Part shown: positions 43,301 through 53,960 of the stretch, one piece after another
Layout of the letters: each line of letters begins with the position of its first letter
Numbering within the stretch: position 1 is the first letter of the stretch
Source: Tubulanus polymorphus
Lineage: Eukaryota > Animalia > Nemertea
Length of the DNA: 64,000 nt
Assembly (NCBI RefSeq): GCF_964204645.1
Contig: NC_134025.1
Span: forward strand, 8,742,001-8,806,000
Direction of reading: 5' to 3'
The notes under the pieces: generated by a model
Databases searched by the model: none
What the model was told of the DNA's origin: nothing
What the model saw: the letters and a program-made list of their open reading frames with translations, nothing else
Position numbers and translations under genes: made by a program

Positions 43301-45974
43301 CGTTTACCACACCACAAAGCTGTCCGACCCCTTTGATCTATGTCTGCGGAGATGCGACCGTGTCAGTAGAAGATGTTAAGAAATCGCGAATGACAATCAT
43401 AGACCGGATAACAAAATCACTTCTTCCGTTTTTCTATATCCACCATGGCGCATCGCTACCGACGGATGACGACGAAGTTCCGGATATTTGCTCTCGCATC
43501 ATGAACAGCGACGTTTTCATGTTTTATTTGAGCAGGTATACGCTTGAAAATCCATCATGTTTAGAAGGCTTGTGCGTCGCGATTCATTACAAAGTTCCTA
43601 TACTGATGATAAGAGAACCGAGATACAAATTACCGGAAAAGCTACCTGAATGTGAAGTTCTACAGAGACTGCGAGGCAGTATAAACGTCAAGTCTATTGA
43701 CGATGAGCTGGAATTGAATGATGTTTTACGGCTTGGACATGCGGAGGCAATAGCCTACGTTGGAGAATACCACCATGCCGGGATCGCTAGGTTATTCGAT
43801 AGATTAGAACGGTTTTTAGGAAGTGATTTCAGGGACTTGAAATTCAGATTAACGAAATACGTAAAACAGGATAGAATTCGACGAAAATTGTTGTTTAAAG
43901 AAGTTCAGCATGATTCAACACGCAAAGACAATGTCACCAGCGATTTATTTCAATATGTGACTGATTCGAGCCATTCGACTGATATAATGCACCATTCATC
44001 CCATGATATAACTCCGATTTCCATTTTGGAGGTCACCGATAAAACAGACAACGTCTTAGATGAGATAAAAACAAAGATTTCGATCAAAGATGTTGGGACG
44101 ATGACAGATCCATTAGAAGGTAACCATTCACTAAGAAATTGAAAATCATTCTTTAGATAAAAATGAATTCTCTTGTGGGCTTCTTGTTATATTCGTATAT
44201 TAGGGTAGATTTTATAATTTCCGAAATCATTATTGGTCGATCGATTTTGTTTTCAGTTGCTTCGAAATTTGACATACAGTATTGCCAGACGGATCGAGCA
44301 TTCAAACTGTGGCGAGACGAAGAACTCCCCTCTGAAGTTCTGCCAACGTTCGATGGCGCTCAAGAATGGTTCAGAAGACATCGTGATGATGCAAACCTGA
44401 GCCTCATGTTATTGCACGCGTATCCGGAACTCATTCTCGATGCGAGCATGGAAAAAGCTAAAGAATTCCTGCTTCCTTTGTTAAACGAACTTACAAAGGT
44501 CACGGCCATTGACTCCAAAAAGCACCAACTGAAATCATCACGCACTGATAAGATTCTGCAGCCTTTTAGTTTGTTGACGCCGTATGTTTATGTTTGCGGC
44601 GATGAATCTGATGTCACCACTATCACATGTGAAACCAGTATAACTCCAGTTACGCGATCGTTACTACCTTACTGTTACGTACATTTGGGTCCGGCTTTAC
44701 CCCCGTTTGAAAACAAATATTCCGAAATATGTTCCCGTATTATCAACAGCGACGCATTCGTTTTTGTCGTTAAAGACGAAACGTTAAACAGCCAGTTGTG
44801 TATAAATGCACTAGCGATGGCGGCATTTTTCGACATTCCTATAATAATGTTCAAGCCACCGCATTATAAACTTCCTTCGCGATATGTCCGACCAAACATT
44901 CTGTTAAACAACAGGAAATATCGTAGCAGAAACGATGGTTTGGTCGATCAGACCGATTCTGTTGCCAGGCCCCCGACACCAGTGTTTATGGACGAAGAAA
45001 TCATCGATATAGGTTGCGTATTAGCGAAAGGTCTCGATGAGGCTATCACATACACACATGGATTTAGTGTACAATGTATACTAAAACTGTACGACCGATT
45101 ATCAATTCATTTTGGAGAAACGTTTAAATTTGCCCAGAACAAATTACGTTTTCGTTCCGGTTCCGAAAATTCTAAGGAAATTCGGCGATCATTGTCAGTA
45201 GAAACTGCAAGAGCAAAAAGAGAAAGCGGCCCGAAGTTGCCACCAATTATACAAACTAAGTTCCTCCACGATCCGATTACGCAAGTACACCTCGATTCCT
45301 CATTTCCAACAGGTGGAACGAGACTATTTGAAGATCCTACGATTGTAAACAGCTCTTTCGATTCGGGTTCGTTAGAACTACCCATACTACGTCCCATTAT
45401 CAGTGGACGTGCCATGGGGAAAAAGAAAAGAACGAAAAGTAACAAATCTAACGTTTGCGAACAGAGCGATAAAGGCGTCAAAAGTGATCCGAAGAATGAC
45501 TCTAATAAAAGTCTGGAAATCAAAGGTACTAAAATTTTTCCATCGCTGCACAAGGCGAAACAGTTATTCAAACGTCCAATACTTCCGAATGTGAATAATA
45601 TTGGCCGAATTTCATCAGTCGACACGAGATCATCCGCCGATACCCAGTCTATTCTAAATAACACTATGGGTGACGATTCTGTCTTCCGTTCACCGAGAAG
45701 ACGGCGACCTCAAGACGCGAAATTCAACAAGCAAATAAAAAAGTCGCGGGACAACATCCGACCATCGACGAAAGACACTAAAAAGACTGTGTACTTACTG
45801 CATCGGGGTAAGGACAGGATGGATACGAAACTGATACCGTGGCCACCTACTGATGAAACATGGAAATACCTTGAAGACAATGTTGTCGATCCGTGGCGTA
45901 GCACTCCTATAAATTTCGATTCAGTATGCTTAGATCCAGATATTTTACAAAGCACTGATACAGACCTTCAATGA
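19386..45974 (+). CDS. Uncharacterised giant protein (~7,700 aa, 32 predicted exons) with about 21 tandem TIR-like domains plus recurring helical modules
   Basis: Hand-spliced exons: 19386-20511, 20595-21677, 21836-22915, 23115-24383, 24522-24698, 24918-24962, 25024-25362, 25570-27036, 27116-28555, 28648-29358, 29440-30885, 30978-31205, 31279-32052, 32135-32362, 32441-33214, 33297-33524, 33603-34463, 34544-35320, 35413-35640, 35714-36490, 36583-36810, 36884-37660, 37753-37980, 38054-38914 (or 38902), 38996-39766, 39863-40096, 40175-40393, 40484-40708, 40797-41639, 41966-42844, 43034-44119, 44257-45974. All internal exon lengths are multiples of 3 and all introns are phase 1. Repeated motif: P-x-[IV]-[YF]-[IV]-C ... 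[FY]VH ... I-x-NSD[VL]F[IV]F ... [ST]L-x-N-x-x-C-x-x-AL-x-x-A-x-x-Y-x-IP[IT]I-x-[IL]RE-x-x-F-x-LP. Confidence 0.8.
30140..40096 (+). repeat. Recent intragenic tandem array of ~1.16-1.17-kb units (TIR-like exon + intron + 228-bp exon + intron), 9 TIR-like copies
   Basis: Near-identical ORFs at offsets of 1162 (32029 vs 33191) and 1170 (34588, 35758, 36928); the introns are also near-identical. Confidence 0.95.
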
Positions 45975-46566
45975 ATCGCGTATCACTGGCAGTGTATGGT
46001 GTTTATGAGTACGCGGTAACAATATTGACAAATATCACTCGTAAAGCCCCCGCGCGCTAGGAGAAAAGGGTGGCATGGCCTCTCCTCCCTCCTAGTCTGC
46101 AGTACCATGTTTAATCATTTTGTCCGCGTTCCGCCTAGTGTGTGCCGGGACTGCGCGCCGTGGCTGCAGCACCTCCCTGGGCGAACCAATCGAAATATCA
46201 TGTTTTAACAAGTGACATAATTGGAAGAAGAAGCAAAATGCTCTAATATGCATACAATTGTAGAAATGGTGTTGGCGTCTAAATTGTGATTATTTCATTT
46301 TTGAGTTTATTCCATGCGAAAGAAGAAATTAGGTTGCTTAAAAGGAAAATAAAAAGACAGTGAATCATAAATTTGGTTCGACGTCAATAGAAAATCGTTA
46401 CTAAGTCCATGCAGTCTATTTAATCACTTCAAACTGATACTCAGAAAAAAAGCATCCATGATTGTCAACATAGTAACGAATTTTGAATTTTTGGCGCCGC
46501 CAGTTCACCTAGTGGCCAAAGATTAAAATGCAAATCAGTGAATATAATCAGATAATTTTTTTATTT

Positions 46567-49500
46567 TCATGAAACCATCAATAAATCATAACGATACGAG
46601 ACTTCATCAGTGAACGTGGTGTTCGTCTTTATACAGTACGGCATTTCGGCACCGTGACTGCAGGTTACGCCCGCGATCAGGTGTTCAATGACCTGATACA
46701 AGCCAACACATACAACCCCGACACCTAGCACAACAACGACTGTTGGCAACACGTTTGCCTTTGATAGAATGGGTTCATTTCGTAGTTTCATATAACATAG
46801 CGCCGGGAATAAGAAAATCATCGGCGCTGCTGTCACAACCCCCTGAAAAATATAAAATGATTTTGTAATGATACGGGGATGATGATAGTAACGTATATGT
46901 ACTTAGCAAATGAAAAAAAAGAAACAGATATTCAAAGTTACATTATCGGACATGGGTACATGCATTATATATTACGAATAATTTTTTGATGAATTTTGTT
47001 ATAGCTTTTCACCAATTGCTAATTCCCTTTACGATAAACAACTACGAAAAACATCTGAACGTTAGCTGGATTTCTATTTTCTAAACAAGCTGAATATTAC
47101 AGTAACACGAGCAGAAAGCCTTTCTGCATCGAGACCCTGCCAAAAAACACCATTCATTAACTACCTTCATAATGTGTAATCCTATACTTTCTGGGAGATG
47201 CGCCTTTCCAAAAAAACTTACGGTTATTTCTAGAACGATAGACACACAGTCAGTGGATAGCGATATGGCCAGTGTTGTACCGGTAATGATAATCGTCTCA
47301 ATAACATGGCGTAGTAGAGTCTGCGGACTTTTAAAGAATACGTTTTCTATCACCTGGTACGTAAAGAGCAAAACATCATTTCCACTAGAATAGCTCGGAA
47401 GAACATGATTCCGTTCCCAAAAAAAGAAAAGTCTTAGAATGAATAGAAATTGACACATTTACCTCTCTCACGACGAAACACTCCAGGGGATAGGTAAGCA
47501 TTATGTTGGTTGTATACATAAGCCTCGCAATGTTTGCCATGATGTCGTTGTTGCAGAAATTCTCCAAGATATTTCCTGATTCGAAAAAAACAAATCATCT
47601 TGAATTACTAAGGCCACCCTGTTTCAAACCAACTTATGCTTTACACGTTACCGTGTAATCGCCATATAGTTTTCTAAGGTAATTCAATTCGTGAGTAATA
47701 AAAATGGAGAAATTGAGTCTGCTATTTTGATTCAAACCTTGAATTTCCGAGCGGAATGTACTGTAACCGCAGCACCCGACAATAGCCATCATTACAACGA
47801 CGAATGACATACTACTATGCGTAATCTTTGCCCACTGCGACGTTGTCTTAATCCTCAATGAATCCCAAATAAGGAAAGCATTGTGGTGACAAAGATAGGC
47901 TGAAATAGAAGGCCTTAAATTCAGCTTTATAACATTCCCTTCACAATAGATATATCTTCCTAATCAAGTTAGGTCGATACAGGCACCACCTTGTACACCA
48001 AGGTGGGGAAAGGTGATTACTGCAGAATTAACCCATAAAATTTCTGAGGTCCAAGGTTCTGAGGTTTATGCTACTCACCAAAGGCCATAATGCTGACACC
48101 CTGAAGAAATTTTGGTTTAGCAAATTCCCAATCGGATGGTAAATGTGGACTTCATAAAATGGAAAAAAATGCGTCATACAACATATTGCTTTATAAATAT
48201 AAGGGAACTGTAGAAATAATTGACTAAACAAGGTATGACACGTTTACAGCCTGGATGAAGGATGTTTTGTAGTTAAGTGGTATATTGTGGGGTTTGATCG
48301 AAATGTTTTGAACGTGTCGATAAGGTCGCCATTTAGTTGGCACTGCTGACTTATTGATGATTGTTTAATGCGTCTGAGTGGCAGGTACTTACACAGCTGT
48401 GTCGACCATAATAACCAGTTTATAAATGAGAAATGCACAAAACAGAATGATCATGCTTAACGAAAATGCAGCAAACTGAAAGAAACAATGAAAACATCCT
48501 CACGAACCATCGAATATGAATTCTTTCGATCACGAATGGTATACCTTCTCTAATCTGGACACATTTCTGAACAGAGATATGGGAACCATGATGACGATAT
48601 TTGCTGCCGCGATATAAAGCTGACGGCTGTCTAATATGGTACCCGTAATGGAATCTGTAATAACAGACGACCATTAAACATCGGTTTAGACACAGAAGTT
48701 ATCTGATCGGAATATATCGCTCGCCTATTGACTGTTTTGGGACTGGAATCATATATCAATATCAATTTGAAGCTTAAGAGTTTGATTAAAACGGGAGGAT
48801 ATGCTGTTCTTTACTCTGGTACACGTGCTTTAGTTCCTAATGTATATAACATATGTTTATATAACAATCACCGAATCTCCTTTGTTATTTTGTACGCTAG
48901 ACCTCGCATAGCTACCCCAATTCCACCAATAAGCTATCATAGCAGGTCCAACTAAATAACATCAATACATGGCTGCATTGACCGCAAATTACATACAGAA
49001 ATATAATAAGATATCAGGATGGATTATTCTCCCGCCAGACCATTCGGTCGTCGGCTTTTTGTAAAAAGAATATCTATTACTGATTGGATTACGAGCTACT
49101 TACGTCCGCCTATCCATTCGGCTAGCTTCGTTAAATTGTCTCCTACAATTATGTTATAGCTGACCATTGCCAGATACGGATACAAAAACTGTACGAAAGT
49201 AATCACGACATAACCCGGTTTTCCGAACGCTGCTTGAACAACCTCCTAGATCGCGGGAAAATATTTGTCAGAGACGTGTTTCTGGGGGATTTAGTGAATC
49301 GGGTATATACAGTCAAAGTCCATTGCAATACCATCATTATTCAATGCCTATGCTAAATTTGAGATAATTCACTTTTTCAGGAATTTGAGTATTATATAAT
49401 GTAATATATACTATTCGCGTTTTCATTTCGAACGCGTTTTTATTCCGTGAAGAGAATGTATTTCACCGCTTACGCAAATGGAAATTACCTGATATGTTGA

Positions 49501-50617
49501 CTTATTGCATAATGTCCCAGCTTTAATCAGAATAATTAATGAATAATCTAAAAATAAAGTAGACTGAATTTATCAAGCATGTCGCTCAATTGAAAACTAT
49601 TCATCTGATATTTACAAGATGACCTGCTCTAAGTCTTTTGGTCAGTTGTTTACATATCTGTTACCGTGCTTGACAGCCTAAATCCTTATGATATACCATA
49701 TTAGCAGAGTGCGTTGTTGAGGTTTTTATATTGTCCCTTACATATTCCTTTTTTGCAGAAGTGATAATTTTTAAATAAACGTACCATTTATCAAGCCTGT
49801 AAGAATCAATAAAATTGAGCCAAGTCCGATTCCACTCGTTCCAATAGCATAAGGGATTCCTGGAACAATGGATGATATAATGATATGACAAAGATGATTA
49901 TGCATCATTTGATATAATCATGAGCTTAGGTTAAAGAATAATCACATCAGATACATTGCATAATGCGGGGAGATGAGAGGAGCTGGATCTTTCTTATTTA
50001 ATCTCTTCGTTATTTATAAGATCAACTTTTTCGTTAATGATGATATCGAAGATGTAATTAACCCACTGGGATCATTGTACTGTATTGTCGGATATAACTC
50101 TACAGTGACATAATATTTGATAAAAATATCGAAAACAAAATACAAACCGATTATTCCAGCTCCAATAATAGAGTTCGATGTATTGAAACACGCCCCAAAG
50201 AGTCCACTTTTTAGGTTTTCGTTACTATTGGTTGCCGCTTCGGTGTCTGTTACTAATGGAACCTATAATGTTAAACGATTACGTCTAAAGAAGGGGAGCA
50301 CATCATTGGCATTGGAAGTGATTTAACCACAGCTGATGTATTCATCTATTACATTTAACCTACGAGCAAAATTGCTCGTAGATTTAACCATGGACGTATA
50401 AACTAGATTTCTAGTTTATAAGTCCATGATTTAACTTAACATAAGACTATTCAAGCGGGTCTTATCAAATTTGGTGTGATAGTTCTTATCAATAATAGCC
50501 TATCTAGTTGAATCAGACCTTTTGATGTTCTTCCGTTGCATTGTAAGAAGATTTGTTCGTCGATGCAGATATCAATAATGGTGTTGTATTACGTGAACCA
50601 TCTTTGTTTTCGGACAT
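46567..50617 (-). CDS. SLC38A11: Putative sodium-coupled neutral amino acid transporter 11 (SLC38 family), multi-exon
   Basis: Exon 1 50519-50617 (MSENKDGSRN...). GACFNTSNSIIGAGIIGIPYA; DYSLIILIKAG; YQEVVQAAFGKPGY...FLYPYLAMVSYNIIVGDNLTK; AYLCHHNAFLIWDSL; GNILENFCNNDIMANIARL...LTYPLECFVVREV; TCSHGAEMPYC near the C-terminus. Confidence 0.92.
50389..50428. repeat. Near-perfect 40-bp palindrome (mini-MITE or hairpin remnant) in SLC38A11 intron 1
   Basis: CATGGACGTATAAACTAGA-TT-TCTAGTTTATAAGTCCATG, with ATTTAAC on both flanks. Confidence 0.6.
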
Positions 50618-53600
50618 GTCGTATGGCGCTCTACCAGTGATCTTGTCTTGATACTCTTATCACTTGTCTTCGGTTCCCTTTGCTTGGAACAAAATCACCA
50701 AAATATATTCCTCATTAATCTTTGATCGTATGTTTATGAACGTCAATTACGCATGATTAAGGAACTGGCCACTTATTTACATGTATCATCAATAAGATCC
50801 CATACTTCAATATCCCAGTCTTATATTACGTACTTTAAGAAACAGGTTAATGCAGTTTCATATACCTTTTGCTAGTTATATGCGGGGCTCCTTCGGTACT
50901 GGTTTATGGTCCTGGAAGCGCCATTGTTCTGAATATCAATCTAACTCCGTGTCTTTGGTGAAATCAACTGGGTCAATATATTAGATATACGCCATTATCA
51001 ATAGAAATGGCATTCTTCGCCAAAGAGAAGAAATGCCAAAGGGATATACATATATATCCGAGACAGTAAATGGCTGCGAACTCATCAGTAACTCATATAT
51101 CAATATCACTTTGTCAATAATTTACTAGGGATATGATATTGCAGCAACATGATATATGTAAAAAAATCGAGTAACTTAATGCAGATTTACAGCTATCAGA
51201 AAATAACTACATCAAGATTTGTCTATTCAGATGCGCGGGTAACTTGTTGATAAACAATCAGTTAGACGTTTACGTCACCAGTTCGTAGAAAATGTCGACA
51301 TCGTTATCACCATCATTTCATAATTAATGCGATATAGTTTACGAGAAAAACTCTGAGTAAAGGGCACTGAATACTGAATAATGCGTGGTCGGTTTCTCAT
51401 GATTATGCTTTATATGCAGAAAATAACAAGGCATTATCTCAGATCTCTACATTTGTTAGCTGGAAAAAGTTCGAACTGGCACGTACGTAGGCTGGTGTGT
51501 GGGTAATCGGTAATCTCTTTGTTTTTATTTGCGTCGGGGGAAAATATGTCTGACTTCTTAAATAACGAAACTCTTTTCAAACTTTGATCGATGTTTTTGT
51601 GTTGATAAGCATTTTCCTATATAGTGAACTAGACCATGCGAGTTCAAACTGGTTGGGGGAATAAATGTATACCTTTGCTTGAGTTGGTGACTTGAGAATC
51701 CATTTTGAACATACCTTGCGTGGAAACGCCGTTATATCTCGAGGAATTGACCTGCTTTTTGGTAATCGAGTCAATGAAATGGATATGTATACAGTAAATA
51801 AAGAATAATGCCCAATTTTGTAGCTAAGTTTTCAAATTGAATATTGTGTTATCGTTCAATTTAGCTTTTGTATGTGGATGCACTAAATACGATATCTTTA
51901 TATTATGTGATATTAGGCTAAAAACGATACCTTATTTCTCCTTATCGGCCGGGGCATTTTGTAAACCGCAATGAAATCTGTAATCAATGCGAAACAAGAT
52001 ATCAATTTCTTAGCCTAATGCTACATGTATATGTTGTTCTATGCTACAAAGTTCTTTGGTGATTCACTTTTTCTGGTAAACTACTCAAGCTTCACATCAG
52101 TCACGTTTTGATAGAATCAACGACTATGCAGCAAAGTGACATTCCGCGGTTATTTTCTAAGTTGTTTTCTGTTCCTCATAATGAATGGTATATCAATTAG
52201 CACTACTTGTACAGCTGATGAATTATAAGACCACTAGCCAATGGAAAACAAAAACAAAAACAACAAATACTCATTTTTTCATTCGGAATACATTCTGTTT
52301 AAAACTTTATTTTCGATGAAAGGCAACCTACATCGATACCGAAAATAATTTTGATAGTCATTGGTCAAATATATATGAGGGTATACAACAAGAAGCACGC
52401 TCGTTCTTCTACAACGGACTCTGATTCCTTTCTCCGTAGATCTGCTTGTGGCCGATGTCAACAATAACAAATTTCGTACTGAAGCTCAACGAATTTACTT
52501 TCTCAATAACTCTCGTGGATCGGATACTGTAACCGACTTCACCAACACATGTATAGTATGTTCTATTTAATATAATGATATACGTCTACAGTGTTACTTA
52601 AATATAGCTCGGTCGAATAACAAATATATCATATCATGGATTTAAGAGTGGACCTACGCCTTAAAGAGTTAGTAGAGTTGGTGATTGAAGTTTATCAATC
52701 ATTGTGAATCACTATTAGTTCTATGTGGTATTTATCCTATCAATTGAACGGTATAGTACGGTATAATACGCAATCAAAATCAGTGAATCGTTACATCTAT
52801 ATACATAAACTAAAAACAGAAAATAGCCCAAAAATCACCCCGGCCATGCATTTATCTATTCATTTTTTAAAGTTCCTAAATGTATCTCATCAGCTCATTT
52901 CAAATTTTCTAAAGCGCCAATCGAGCAGTGTTTGGAATGGACATTGATTATTAAGCATTTGGAATTGTTTTGACATTTTACCTATCATTACACCACCAAG
53001 GTAAATTTGCCATGTTGTAATAGGCTAAACAGCCAATGATTTGCGTGAATATTAGACTCGCTTCTTCTACGGGCATCATAGCTCACTAGGTCTGATAGAT
53101 TTTGATAGATGGCTTTTATCGTAATCAAGGAACTGAGCGCACTTAATTACGAAGGTGATCGGCCACCGTAATATTTTTCATTAAACGTCGTGCTTCGTTT
53201 TAAAGAGATGAAACTTAGGCCTTTACAAAAATAGTGATCGGGATTTTTCATATACTGTACATGTCTGAAGGATAAAAGCAATATCATGCAATTAATACAT
53301 TTATAACAGATATAACGGCTAGAGTTATTTTTCAACGACATTGGCAAATCTTATGGCTCCCAAAATACAGTTTCATCAGTTCAGTCCACGAGAGTCGCCG
53401 ATTTTGAACTGCTTATACCCGCATATACGATTTGATTAAACTATTTCATTACCTCGGACTTTATAGGAACGTTTTCCGACCCATGTATGCCTGTTTGTTT
53501 CAAAAAATAAAATCATCTCACAGTATTCCAGGGGCCACAAGACGTGCATGCCTGCGAGACAAATGCAATTTTATATCCTTTTTACATATATGTTTTATAC

Positions 53601-53960
53601 AAATCATCCTCAGAAAGACAACAATGACTACTTCACCATAAAGTGCCAAAGGTTTAGGCTGACAAGCATTCCAAGGTATTTGAAAAATATCGGGCTGAAT
53701 GATCTAACAAAAGTTCTTAATGGCGCCTCTGAATTTGGACGATGGTTTTTCTTTTTCAAGACATACCTTTCTGTACATTACAAACGAAACTATCTTACGT
53801 TACATCGATAAAATATCACAGAAACATCGCTGTTGACGAATACACAAAGAAAACAAACAAATTTAATTTTTTATCAGGCATTCAAAAGTAGTCCAAGGTT
53901 GGCTTTTTGGAGGATCATTGGAGATCACTTCCCATAGAGTCCGGAATATTTTTTTCGGGT

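Noticed and set aside
45107-45664. 185-aa antisense ORF, and other antisense ORFs at 32022 and 33184
   Set aside because: Shadow frames of the plus-strand coding exons with no recognisable protein features.
19386-45974. Reading the many plus-strand ORFs as an operon or cluster of separate intronless (prokaryote-like or viral) genes
   Set aside because: ORF ends coincide with GT donors and starts with polypyrimidine-AG acceptors in a consistent phase. Many listed starts are TTG/GTG codons that are internal or intronic, and the neighbours are spliced animal genes.
50700-53900. Short ORFs between SLC38A11 and prohormone-4, and those at 57-64 kb
   Set aside because: 60-120 aa, composition typical of random AT-rich DNA, no motifs and no coherent exon chain.
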